From contig JAZRSU010000023.1 of the NCBI GenBank assembly GCA_045651645.1, forward strand, positions 16,175 to 80,174: DNA of 64,000 nucleotides, given 5' to 3'. Both the position numbers and the translations under genes were made by a program. Below the pieces are notes generated by a model that saw only the letters and a program-made list of their open reading frames with translations, ran no database searches and was not told the origin of the DNA. Origin of the DNA: Acutalibacteraceae bacterium. Lineage in GTDB: Bacteria; Bacillota; Clostridia; Oscillospirales; Acutalibacteraceae. Positions 7,988-17,046 of this stretch are shown here, piece after piece. How positions within the stretch are numbered: the first letter of the stretch is position 1; every line of letters begins with the position of its first letter.

Positions 7988-8710
7988 ATGGTTGATATTC
8001 ACTGTCATATTCTGCCCGGTTTTGACGACGGCGCAGACAACCTCGAAGAGGCTGTCCGTATGGCTCGGATTGCGGTTGACAGCGGTACAAAAGCTATTAT
8101 CGCCACACCTCACAGCAACATCCCCGGTTCGTATCAGAACTACTGCAGTCAGCGTTATGTCGATACCTACAGGGCTCTTAAACAAAGAATTGAAGAAGAG
8201 AATATTCCGCTTCAGATTTATTCGGGTCACGAGATTTTTGCTGCAGGTGATATCGCCGGCATGATTAAGGCAGGAAAACTGCTGACTCTCCGCAATTCCA
8301 ATTATCCGCTTATTGAGTTCTCTTTCAGGGAGAACGCGGAAGTAGTTTACCGTAAGCTCCGTGAGCTTATTGTTGAGGGTTTCACACCCATTGTTGCCCA
8401 CCCCGAACGATACGGCTTCGTCATTGAGGATAGTTCTGCTCCGGTCAATCTCAAAAAAATGGGTTGTCTGTTGCAGGTGAACAAGGGCAGTCTCAAGGGC
8501 AGTTTTGGCAATGATGTTTATGAGGCGGCGGTTAATCTTATAAGTCAGGAGCTTGCCGATTTCGTTGCAAGTGATGCTCACGGTCCGTATCAGAGAAATA
8601 CATATCTTGCGGATTCTTACGAAATTATCAGCGGAATCAAATCGGATGATTATGCCAGACAGTTGCTGAGCATCAACCCGAGAAAAATTATAAGAAACGA
8701 AAAAATCTAA
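7988..8710 (+). CDS. cpsB: CpsB/CapC-type PHP-family protein-tyrosine phosphatase (Wzh)
   Basis: MVDIHCHILPGFDDGADNLEEAVRMARIAVDSGTKAIIATPHS and a C-terminal SDAHG are hallmark PHP phosphatase motifs. ATG 7988 lies 6 nt after GGAGG (7977-7981), so I prefer it to the ORF-track start at 7967. Confidence 0.9.
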   Translation: MVDIHCHILPGFDDGADNLEEAVRMARIAVDSGTKAIIATPHSNIPGSYQNYCSQRYVDTYRALKQRIEEENIPLQIYSGHEIFAAGDIAGMIKAGKLLTLRNSNYPLIEFSFRENAEVVYRKLRELIVEGFTPIVAHPERYGFVIEDSSAPVNLKKMGCLLQVNKGSLKGSFGNDVYEAAVNLISQELADFVASDAHGPYQRNTYLADSYEIISGIKSDDYARQLLSINPRKIIRNEKI

Positions 8711-8721
8711 TTGATTATAAG

Positions 8722-9549
8722 GTGAAACAGATGAGAGCGTTCAGAATTATTGTTGTTATTTTGTTTGTGCTTGTAACTGCCGGTGCGGCTTTTATTGCAG
8801 TAAAACAGCAACTCAATACAGACAGAACAATACCCGAAATCAGAGTTGAAAATGAAATGATTGAGGTCAGCCTCAAGGCAACCAACGAAGAGCTGCTTCA
8901 GGGCGTTATTGCATATGACAAAAAAGACAAGGACCTTACAGACAAAATTATCGTTGAATCTATTTCACGCTTTATTGAAAAAGGTGTCAGCAAGGTTACG
9001 TACGCCGTATGCGACAGCGACAATAACGTTGCTAAAGCTACAAGGTTAATAAAATATACAGGATACGAGTCACCGAAGTTCCGTGTTGTAGGCAACCTTT
9101 GCTTCTCACTTTACGAGCATATCGATATAAGAACTCTGGTTGAAGCAACCGACAGTCTGGAGGGTAATATTTCTTCACAGCTTATTGTTACTTCAAGCGA
9201 CTATTCGACATCAATTGCCGGTGCGTTTTCACTTAACGTTTCGGTAACAAACCAGAAGGGTGACACTTCGGAAGTCAAACTTCCTCTGATTGTTGAAGAT
9301 CGTCCTCTTTCTGTTCCGCAGATTGAGCTTAAAGAATATCTGGTTTACACAAAGGTTGGTCAGACCGTTGATTTCGGCTCATATATCGTTGATGCGCTTG
9401 ATATGAGCGGAGCAAGCGTCAGAGGTTCTGTAATCATTGAATCAAACGTCGATTTCAATACCCCCGGCACGTATCACATCCACTATTATGCTACTGACAG
9501 TAATGGCAACAGAGGTCACAGTGTAATGACAGTTATCGTTGAGGAATGA
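8722..9549 (+). CDS. Single-pass membrane protein with about three extracytoplasmic Ig-like (DUF5011/HYR-like) modules; function unknown
   Basis: N-terminal TM segment FRIIVVILFVLVTAGAAFIAV. Repeated roughly 80-aa modules each end in a pattern like VTYAVCDSDNNVAKATRLIKY, LNVSVTNQKGDTSEVKLPLIV or YHIHYYATDSNGNRGHSVMTVIV. Start is GTG 8722 or ATG 8731. Confidence 0.6.
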   Translation: MKQMRAFRIIVVILFVLVTAGAAFIAVKQQLNTDRTIPEIRVENEMIEVSLKATNEELLQGVIAYDKKDKDLTDKIIVESISRFIEKGVSKVTYAVCDSDNNVAKATRLIKYTGYESPKFRVVGNLCFSLYEHIDIRTLVEATDSLEGNISSQLIVTSSDYSTSIAGAFSLNVSVTNQKGDTSEVKLPLIVEDRPLSVPQIELKEYLVYTKVGQTVDFGSYIVDALDMSGASVRGSVIIESNVDFNTPGTYHIHYYATDSNGNRGHSVMTVIVEE

Positions 9550-9555
9550 TGAACT

Positions 9556-11049
9556 ATGAAGAAAAATAAAATCTCACTTGAATTTCATAGCCTGATAAAA
9601 GATGTCATACGAAACATCTGGGTTGTTGTTCTTTGTGCACTTATCGGTGTAATGGGCTTTTATATTGCAACCCGTGCAACCTATGAGCCTGAGTATACGT
9701 CAACAGCTACTCTTTCGGTTGTCAGTGGTTCCGGCACAGCTTCCTATTCGGCGTACACTGTTTCAACTGAGCAGGCAAACGTTCTTGTTAATGTTTTTAC
9801 CGAGCCTACAATCAGAGATTATGCCGCAGCTTATCTCGGAATAGATAAATTTGACGGTTCGGTTAAGGCAAAAGTTGTTGAGCAGACAAACTTTATCGAG
9901 CTGCAGGTAACTTCAGACCATCCCGAAAAAGCGTACGTTCTTCTCAACGCAGTCATAAAATCGCACCATAACGTTTCAAATAAAATTTTCCGTAATGCAG
10001 GTCTTACGCTTGTCAAAATGCCGTCAGTTCCGTCCGGCCCGTCAAACCGTCCTTCAACTTCGGATTACAATCTTGTAATTATGGGTGCTGCAACAATAGG
10101 ACTTGCAATAGTGATAGCGTTATCGCTTATGCGCAATACCGTTAAGAAAGAAAAGGATTTTGACGAAAACATTGATTCCAAGCTTATCGGTACCATTTCA
10201 CACGAAGATAAAAGAATGTCCTGGCGTGACGTCAGAAAAAAGACCAAAAAAGGTCTTCTGATCAACAGTAACGCATATATCAGTCTGCGATTTACAGAGA
10301 ATTTCCATAAAATTGCCGCAAAGCTTGAACATAAAAAGAATCAGTCAGGCAGCAAGGTCTATGCTATAACAAGCGTTGCGGAAAACGAAGGCAAATCAAC
10401 CTGTGCGGCGAATATTGCCGTTTCACTGGCAAGCAGAGGAAACAAAGTTTTGCTTATAGATCTTGACTTCAAGAAGCCCGCTCTTTATAAAATTTTCGGC
10501 GAAGAAGAAGCCGAAAATACCGAACTGACCGAATTCCTCGGTAAAAAAGCTTCCGTTAGTAATTTCGCTTTCGGACAGTTTAAAAAGATGAGTCTTTATC
10601 TTGCTTTTCTTAATAAGAGCAATCCGTTTTTCCGTAATTTCATTGCAGACGGAAGTATTGCCAGAATGATAAATGAAGCCCGTTCGGAATACGACTTTGT
10701 TATTATCGATACTGCTCCTATTTCTGTTGACTCAACCGTTACCGATATCATCGGTATGGTCGATAAGACAATCCTGATTGTCAGGACAGATGTCGTATCG
10801 GTAAACGCACTCAACGACTCGATTTCAACAATCAGCAAAATCAGTTCAAACCTTGCAGGCTGTATTCTCAATGACGTCCATCTGAGAGTTCTTCCCTTCA
10901 GTATTACCGGTAACGATGAAGGCTCTTACTACGGACGATACGGTTTAGGCAAGTATGGCTATGGCAAATACGGCAAGTACGGCAAGTACGGACACTACGG
11001 TCACTATGGTCATTATGGTCATAGTCCGGGTCTTGAAAAGTCAGAATAA
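9556..11049 (+). CDS. Fused Wzz-like chain-length modulator / BY-kinase (CpsC-CpsD fusion), divergent paralog with Tyr-rich tail
   Basis: Two TM segments flank a Wzz-like loop. The ATPase domain has a divergent Walker A (VAENEGKST), Walker A' (LLIDLDFKKP) and Walker B (VIIDTAP). C-terminal tail is SYYGRYGLGKYGYGKYGKYGKYGHYGHYGHYGH. Confidence 0.8.
   Translation: MKKNKISLEFHSLIKDVIRNIWVVVLCALIGVMGFYIATRATYEPEYTSTATLSVVSGSGTASYSAYTVSTEQANVLVNVFTEPTIRDYAAAYLGIDKFDGSVKAKVVEQTNFIELQVTSDHPEKAYVLLNAVIKSHHNVSNKIFRNAGLTLVKMPSVPSGPSNRPSTSDYNLVIMGAATIGLAIVIALSLMRNTVKKEKDFDENIDSKLIGTISHEDKRMSWRDVRKKTKKGLLINSNAYISLRFTENFHKIAAKLEHKKNQSGSKVYAITSVAENEGKSTCAANIAVSLASRGNKVLLIDLDFKKPALYKIFGEEEAENTELTEFLGKKASVSNFAFGQFKKMSLYLAFLNKSNPFFRNFIADGSIARMINEARSEYDFVIIDTAPISVDSTVTDIIGMVDKTILIVRTDVVSVNALNDSISTISKISSNLAGCILNDVHLRVLPFSITGNDEGSYYGRYGLGKYGYGKYGKYGKYGHYGHYGHYGHSPGLEKSE
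10924..11022 (+). repeat. Low-complexity coding repeat encoding the (K/H)YG tyrosine cluster of the first BY-kinase
   Basis: Reiterated 9-bp units (GGCAAGTAC / GGTCACTAT types) encode YGKYGKYGKYGHYGHYGHYGH. Confidence 0.9.
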
Positions 11050-11055
11050 ATTAAA

Positions 11056-12585
11056 GTGAAAGAAAGTTTTGATATGAATCAGACACCTGAAAATAAAAAA
11101 GATACTTTTGTTACGGTTTATCTAAGCGACATCGTCAAAGCTGTCAGCAGATTCTGGTGGGTCTGTGTTGTAGGTGCCGTGCTTTTCGGCGGTTACAATG
11201 TAGTAAGTCGTTGGATTAACTACGTTCCCGAATATCAGTCGAGCGTAACACTTACCGTTAACACTCAGAACGAAAGCAGCGCTATCAGCGGTGTTTCAGT
11301 ATACGCATTCTATTACGATACAACTACCGCATCGCTTCTTTCTTCAACATTCCCTTACATCCTTAACTATAATCTGCTTCAGGAAGCTATATGTGAAGAC
11401 CTTGGTACTACGTCTATGCCTGCAAAGCTGAGTGCATCTGCTGTTGCGGGAACAAATATGTTTACGCTTACCTCAAGAGGTCGTGACCCGTATCTCACGT
11501 ATAACGTACTGGTTGCAGCACTCAAGAATTATCCGACCTTTGCCAAATACGTTGTCGGTAATATCACGTTTGAAATACTTAAGCATCCCACTGTTGCAAA
11601 ATCGCCGTCCAATAAAGTTGATTATTTCAACGAAGCGGCAAAGGGTGCTATAGTCGGTGCGTTCTTCGGTGCGTTGTTTATATTTATCTACATCCTTCAA
11701 CGCAGAACCATAAAGACCAAAACCGATATCAAGAATCAGCTCAACCTTGAAACGCTTGCAATTATTCCTGACGTCAAGTTTAAAAAGCGCGCTATGCCGG
11801 GTGATAAATCGCTGCTCTTTACAAATCCCGATATAGGAAGCGGCTTCCCGGAGGCTTTCCGTGTACTCAGGAACTTGTTCGTTTCGTCTCTTAAAGAGCA
11901 TGAAAAAATAATTATGGCGACAAGCTCTGTACCCGGTGAAGGTAAAACGACAGTTGCAACAAATCTCGCCATTGCGTTGGCTGACCAGGGTAAAAACGTT
12001 CTTCTTTTCGATGCGGATATAAGACATCCGAGTGTTGCTCAGCTTCTCGGTATCGATACTGAAGAACTCGAATATGAAACCGTTACCAAGTTATATAAAA
12101 TTGCTTACGTAAAGGATTATAAACTCAGAATCCTTTTACCTATGGCAAGCGAAGAGCTTGAAACAGGTTATATGAGTTCAAACGACCTTAAAACAATGTT
12201 TAGCCAGGTCAGGAACTCATACGATTATATTATTGTTGATACTCCTCCCAGTGCCCTTATTTCCGATGCACTGTTTATTGCACAGTATTCTGACGTCGCA
12301 CTCTTTGTAACGTATCAGGATGCCGTCAGAGTATCAAGAGTAAAGAAAACTCTTGACAGCCTTATGTCAACCGATATCCGTATTCTCGGCTGTGTTCTTA
12401 ACGGAACCGTACAGGGTATTTCCGGTTACGGCTTTGGTTATGGTTACGGCTATGGTTATGGTAAATACGGTAAGTACGGCTATGGAAAGTATGGCAAGTA
12501 CGGTAAGCATAGCTACGGCTATGGCTACGGAGAAAGCAGTAAATCCTCTAAGAAGCGAAGCCGTAAAGATAAAAAACACGGGTAA
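11056..12585 (+). CDS. Fused Wzz-like chain-length modulator / BY-kinase (canonical motifs), Tyr-rich tail plus polybasic C-terminus
   Basis: Walker A is SSVPGEGKTTVATNLA, Walker A' is LLFDADIRHP, Walker B is IIVDTPPS. Tail is GYGFGYGYGYGYGKYGKYGYGKYGKYGKHSYGYGYG followed by SSKSSKKRSRKDKKHG. The start is uncertain: GTG 11056 (ORF track) or ATG 11074 (MNQTPENKK). Confidence 0.85.
   Translation: MKESFDMNQTPENKKDTFVTVYLSDIVKAVSRFWWVCVVGAVLFGGYNVVSRWINYVPEYQSSVTLTVNTQNESSAISGVSVYAFYYDTTTASLLSSTFPYILNYNLLQEAICEDLGTTSMPAKLSASAVAGTNMFTLTSRGRDPYLTYNVLVAALKNYPTFAKYVVGNITFEILKHPTVAKSPSNKVDYFNEAAKGAIVGAFFGALFIFIYILQRRTIKTKTDIKNQLNLETLAIIPDVKFKKRAMPGDKSLLFTNPDIGSGFPEAFRVLRNLFVSSLKEHEKIIMATSSVPGEGKTTVATNLAIALADQGKNVLLFDADIRHPSVAQLLGIDTEELEYETVTKLYKIAYVKDYKLRILLPMASEELETGYMSSNDLKTMFSQVRNSYDYIIVDTPPSALISDALFIAQYSDVALFVTYQDAVRVSRVKKTLDSLMSTDIRILGCVLNGTVQGISGYGFGYGYGYGYGKYGKYGYGKYGKYGKHSYGYGYGESSKSSKKRSRKDKKHG
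12424..12531 (+). repeat. Low-complexity coding repeat encoding the YG/KYG tyrosine cluster of the second BY-kinase
   Basis: Reiterated GGTTAYGGC / GGTAAGTACGGC units. Confidence 0.9.
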
Positions 12586-12656
12586 ACCGATAAGTTTTCT
12601 ATTGTTACAACAAGAATCCTCATTTTTCAAATCTCCTTAAAGAAAGAGGTTTATTT

Positions 12657-13862
12657 ATGGTGAATATACCGTTCAGCCCTCCCGATATAACTGAAGCAGA
12701 AATAAGTGAAGTCTGTGAAGCTCTCCGTTCAGGCTGGATAACAACCGGACCGAGAACAAAAGAATTTGAGCGCAGAATAGCAGAGTTCTGCGGCACTGAA
12801 AAAGCTGCTTGCCTGAACTCGGCAACGGCTGCCCTTGAACTTAATCTGCGTGTGCTCGGTATAGGTGAAGGTGACGAGGTAATCGTACCTGCCTACACGT
12901 ATACTGCTTCAGCATCAGCTGTCGCTCACGTCGGCGCAAAGATTATATTTATAGATTGTACGCCTGATTCTTTTGAGATGGATTATACGCTTATGGAAGC
13001 GGCAATAAACGAAAGAACAAAGGCTATAATTCCCGTTGACCTTGCGGGTGTTATCTGTGATTATGACAGAATTTTTGCCGCAGTTGAAAATAAAAAGCAT
13101 CTTTTCAAGCCTGCCAATGATATTCAGCGTGCAATTGGCAGAGTTGCAGTTGTGGCAGACTGTGCTCATGCTCTCGGTGCTGTGAAGGATGGCAAAAAAG
13201 CCGGTCAGATTGCTGACTTTACTTCATTCTCTTTCCATGCAGTCAAGAATCTGACTACCGCAGAGGGCGGTGCCGCAACCTGGAAAAGTATTCCCGGTGT
13301 TGATAACGATAAGCTGTATCAGCAGTATATGCTCTACAGTCTTCACGGTCAGTCCAAGGATGCGTTCAGCAAAACTCAGGCAGGTGCATGGGAGTACGAT
13401 ATAATCGGTCCGTGGTACAAATGCAATATGACTGATATTACCGCCGCAATCGGTCTCAAACAGCTTGAAAGATATCCTGCCCTGATTCAGCGAAGAAAAG
13501 AAATCATTCTTAAATATAACGAGATGTGCGATTCACTCGGAATTACATACCTTGGTCATTATGGTGAAAACCATTCTTCATCCGGTCATCTTTACATAAC
13601 AAGAATCCCCGGTATAAATGAAGAAGCACGAAACAGCATCATAACCGAAATGGCAGAGCGAGGAATTGCCTGCAACGTTCATTACAAGCCGTTGCCGATG
13701 ATGACTGCCTACAAAAATCTCGGCTATGATATTGCTGATTTCCCCAATGCGTACGGTTATTTCTTAAATGAAATCACACTGCCTCTTCATACAAGACTTA
13801 CCGATGAAGAAGTGGAAATTGTCTGCAAAAACTTTGCAGAGGTTGTTAAAAAATATATCTGA
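12657..13862 (+). CDS. DegT/DnrJ/EryC1/StrS-family PLP-dependent sugar aminotransferase (EpsN/PglE-like)
   Basis: Motifs LRSGWITTGPRTKEFE, GDEVIVPAYTYTASASA and the PLP-lysine context SFSFHAVKNLTTAEGG. RBS is AGAAAGAGG. Confidence 0.85.
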   Translation: MVNIPFSPPDITEAEISEVCEALRSGWITTGPRTKEFERRIAEFCGTEKAACLNSATAALELNLRVLGIGEGDEVIVPAYTYTASASAVAHVGAKIIFIDCTPDSFEMDYTLMEAAINERTKAIIPVDLAGVICDYDRIFAAVENKKHLFKPANDIQRAIGRVAVVADCAHALGAVKDGKKAGQIADFTSFSFHAVKNLTTAEGGAATWKSIPGVDNDKLYQQYMLYSLHGQSKDAFSKTQAGAWEYDIIGPWYKCNMTDITAAIGLKQLERYPALIQRRKEIILKYNEMCDSLGITYLGHYGENHSSSGHLYITRIPGINEEARNSIITEMAERGIACNVHYKPLPMMTAYKNLGYDIADFPNAYGYFLNEITLPLHTRLTDEEVEIVCKNFAEVVKKYI

Positions 13863-13873
13863 GGAAGAAAGCT

Positions 13874-14560
13874 ATGATACTGCGAAAATGGGAAAGCCTC
13901 CCGCCTGAAATGCAGCTGCCCGAAGTAAAAGAATACTACGATCTGCTCAGCAAGAAGAAGCTTCAGCTTGTTTTCAAGCGTGCTTTTGACGTTGTGGTTT
14001 CTTTTGTTCTTCTCGTTATGCTTTCTCCTGCTTTTGCCGTTCTTGCAGTTGCAATCAAGCTGGATTCCAGAGGTCCTGTTTTCTACCGTCAGACAAGAGT
14101 TACCCGCTACGGTGAAAAATTCCGTATTTTCAAGTTCCGTTCAATGGTAACGGATGCGGATAAGGGTTCGCTTCTGACTGTCGGCGGCGATTCAAGAATT
14201 ACAAAAACAGGAAAGTTTATACGTAAATACAAGCTCGATGAGCTGAGTCAGCTTATCGACGTTTTCAGAGGTACAATGACTTTCGTCGGCACTCGTCCAG
14301 AGGTTCCGAAGTATGTTGAGAAATATACTCCTGAAATGATGGCGACTCTGCTTATGCCTGCAGGTATAACCTCTGAAGCGAGTGTATATTACAGAGATGA
14401 AAGCGAGTTGCTTGATGCGGCTGAAAACGTTGAAAAAACGTATCTTGAGGTTGTGCTTCCCGACAAAATGAAATACAACCTTGCCGCAATAAAAAGCTTC
14501 AGCTTTATTGATGATATAAAAGTTATGATATTGACCGTTCTTGCGGTTTTCCGTAAATGA
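13874..14560 (+). CDS. Small monotopic undecaprenyl-phosphate sugar phosphotransferase (PglC/EpsL-like priming enzyme)
   Basis: Bacterial sugar transferase signature: KRAFDVVVSFVLLVMLSPAFAVLAVAIKLDSRGPVFYRQTRVTRYGEKFRIFKFRSM ... DELSQLIDVFRGTMTFVGTRPEVP. Confidence 0.9.
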   Translation: MILRKWESLPPEMQLPEVKEYYDLLSKKKLQLVFKRAFDVVVSFVLLVMLSPAFAVLAVAIKLDSRGPVFYRQTRVTRYGEKFRIFKFRSMVTDADKGSLLTVGGDSRITKTGKFIRKYKLDELSQLIDVFRGTMTFVGTRPEVPKYVEKYTPEMMATLLMPAGITSEASVYYRDESELLDAAENVEKTYLEVVLPDKMKYNLAAIKSFSFIDDIKVMILTVLAVFRK

Positions 14561-14571
14561 GGATTTTTCAG

Positions 14572-15705
14572 ATGAAAAAAAGACAGCACCTTGTAGCGCT
14601 TCTTACAAATAACGATGACGATGTTTACTGTTTCCGTAAAGAGCTCATCGAAGATATAATCGGTGCCGGTTATGAAATGCTCATATCCTGCCCCGACGGT
14701 GAGAAGTTTGAACTGATGAAGCACGTTGAATACCGCTACGATAACCCTGATATAGACAGAAGGGGCACAAATATTGTTGCAGATTTCAAGCTTTTCATTC
14801 ATTACTTCAGACTGTTTGTCAAAAACAAGCCTTCGGTTATTCTTACGTATACTGCTAAACCTAATGTTTATGCCGGAATTGCGGCATACCTTCTCGGCAT
14901 TCCGTGTATCAGCAACGTTACGGGCTTCGGAAGCGTACTCAATGAAAGCGGATTCAAGCAGAAGATTATAATGTCAATTTTCAGGTTTGCATTCCGCCGT
15001 TCAGACTGCGTTATGTTCCAGAATTCAACCAATATGAAGCTTGCCGAAGAATCGGGTATGGTCAAAGGTGAGCATAAGCTTATTCCCGGTTCGGGTGTAA
15101 ATACCGACAGATATCCGCTCCAGCCTTATCCCGACGGCGGAAACGGAAAAGACGGCGAAAAGGTTGTGTTCAACTACATAGGCAGAATTCTGCACGATAA
15201 AGGTGTTGACGACTATATAGAAGCCGCAAAAAGAATAAAGGCTGAATACCCAAATACAGAGTTCAATATGCTCGGCTTTATCGAGCCGACGGAAATGCAC
15301 TATGAAGCTGAGCTTTCTGCCCTCGAAAAAGAAGACATTGTAAAATACAGAGGCAGTCTCAAAGATATAAAGTCTTTTGTTACTGCATCACACGCAACGA
15401 TTCACCCCTCAACCTACGGCGAAGGAATGAGCAACGTGCTTCTCGAGAGCGCATCCAGCGGCAGACCGATAATTTCAACCGACAATCCCGGTTGTATGGA
15501 AACCTTTGTCGACGGTGAAACAGGTTTTATGTACCACGGCGGTGACGTCGATGCTCTGTGTGAACAGATAAAGAAATTCCTTGCCTTGCCCAACGATGAA
15601 AGAAAAGCTATGGGCGAAAAGGGAAGAGAATATATAAAGAAAAATTTCTCAAGAGATATCGTTATAAAAGCATATCTTGAAAAAATAAACAGCTTGTGCA
15701 AATAA
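14572..15705 (+). CDS. GT4-family (GT-B) glycosyltransferase
   Basis: C-terminal E-x7-E region STYGEGMSNVLLESASSGRPIISTDNPGCMETFVDGETGFMY. ATG 14572 lies 8 nt after GAGGA, so I prefer it to the overlapping ATG at 14557. Confidence 0.85.
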   Translation: MKKRQHLVALLTNNDDDVYCFRKELIEDIIGAGYEMLISCPDGEKFELMKHVEYRYDNPDIDRRGTNIVADFKLFIHYFRLFVKNKPSVILTYTAKPNVYAGIAAYLLGIPCISNVTGFGSVLNESGFKQKIIMSIFRFAFRRSDCVMFQNSTNMKLAEESGMVKGEHKLIPGSGVNTDRYPLQPYPDGGNGKDGEKVVFNYIGRILHDKGVDDYIEAAKRIKAEYPNTEFNMLGFIEPTEMHYEAELSALEKEDIVKYRGSLKDIKSFVTASHATIHPSTYGEGMSNVLLESASSGRPIISTDNPGCMETFVDGETGFMYHGGDVDALCEQIKKFLALPNDERKAMGEKGREYIKKNFSRDIVIKAYLEKINSLCK

Positions 15706-15718
15706 AGGAGTCAGAGTT

Positions 15719-17044
15719 ATGTACACAAATCTTTTTGAAAAAATACTTGCCAAAGAAGAAAAAATATCTCTCGTAGGTCTCGGCTACGTCGGTATGCCTA
15801 TAGCTGTTGCCTTTGCAAAAAAGGTTGATGTTATCGGTTACGACCTCAACGCAAAGAAAATCGAGCTTTACAAAAGCGGTATTGACCCCACTCTCGAGGT
15901 CGGCGACGAGGCTATAAAGAATACTACGGTTGAATTTACATCTGACGAAGCAAAGCTCCGTGAGGCAAAGTTTCACATCGTTGCAGTACCTACTCCCGTT
16001 AACGATGACCATACTCCCGATCTCACTCCCGTTGAGGGTGCAAGCCGTATCCTCGGCAGAAATCTTACAAAGGGCTCGATAGTTGTATTCGAGTCAACCG
16101 TATATCCCGGTGTTACCGAGGATGTCTGCGTACCTATCCTCGAAAAAGAATCGGGTCTCAAGTGCGGTGTTGACTTCAAAATCGGTTATTCACCCGAGCG
16201 TATCAATCCCGGTGATAAGGTGCACAGACTTGAAACTATCGTAAAAATTGTTTCAGGTATGGATGCCGAAACTCTCGATATTGTTGCGAAGGTTTACGAG
16301 CTTGTTGTTGAGGCAGGCGTTCACCGTGCAGAAAGCATCAAGGTTGCGGAAGCTGCAAAGGTTATCGAAAACAGCCAGCGTGATATCAACATTGCGTTTA
16401 TGAACGAGCTTTCAATAATTTTCAACAAGATGGGAATCGATACAAAGGCTGTGCTTGAAGCCGCAGGCACAAAGTGGAATTTCCTCAAGTTCTTCCCCGG
16501 TCTTGTCGGCGGACACTGTATCGGTGTTGACCCTTATTACCTTACATACAAGGCGGAGCAGCTCGGTTACCACAGCCAGGTTATACTTGCAGGCAGACGT
16601 ATTAACGACGATATGGGCAAGTACGTTGCTGAAAACGTAGTAAAGAAGCTCATTGCCGCAGGTAAGAACGTAAGAGATGCCAAGGTTTCAATCCTCGGTT
16701 TCACCTTTAAAGAAAATTGCCCCGATACAAGAAACACAAGAGTTATTGACATAATGAATGAGCTTGGCGAGTACGGTATCACACCTGTTGTCGCAGACCC
16801 TGTTGCAGATGCAGAAGAGGGCAAGGCTCACTACGGTATCGAGTTTGCTGATATCACAGCTGTAAAAAATATGGATGCAGTTATTATTGCTGTCGGTCAT
16901 ACAGAGTTTATGAGCTTTGAAATGAGCGATATCGATTCAATGTTTGCAAGCGGCGACAATTCCGGCAAAGTTATCATCGACGTCAAGGGTGTCCTTGACA
17001 GAAAAGCTTATTCCGAAGCAGGCTATCAGTACTGGAGGCTTTGA
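15719..17044 (+). CDS. tviB: UDP-N-acetylhexosamine 6-dehydrogenase (TviB/WbpO/CapL-like nucleotide-sugar dehydrogenase)
   Basis: Rossmann motif ISLVGLGYVGMPIAVAFA, catalytic Cys context FFPGLVGGHCIGVDPYYL and a C-terminal UDP-binding domain. Paired with a WbpP/TviC-like epimerase downstream. Confidence 0.8.
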   Translation: MYTNLFEKILAKEEKISLVGLGYVGMPIAVAFAKKVDVIGYDLNAKKIELYKSGIDPTLEVGDEAIKNTTVEFTSDEAKLREAKFHIVAVPTPVNDDHTPDLTPVEGASRILGRNLTKGSIVVFESTVYPGVTEDVCVPILEKESGLKCGVDFKIGYSPERINPGDKVHRLETIVKIVSGMDAETLDIVAKVYELVVEAGVHRAESIKVAEAAKVIENSQRDINIAFMNELSIIFNKMGIDTKAVLEAAGTKWNFLKFFPGLVGGHCIGVDPYYLTYKAEQLGYHSQVILAGRRINDDMGKYVAENVVKKLIAAGKNVRDAKVSILGFTFKENCPDTRNTRVIDIMNELGEYGITPVVADPVADAEEGKAHYGIEFADITAVKNMDAVIIAVGHTEFMSFEMSDIDSMFASGDNSGKVIIDVKGVLDRKAYSEAGYQYWRL

Positions 17045-17046
17045 TA

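Noticed and set aside
10924-12531. The YGK/YGH repeats as an independent repeat element or sequencing artefact
   Set aside because: They are in frame at the C-termini of two BY-kinases, exactly where tyrosine clusters are expected. The two tails differ in sequence, so this is not a duplicated assembly artefact.
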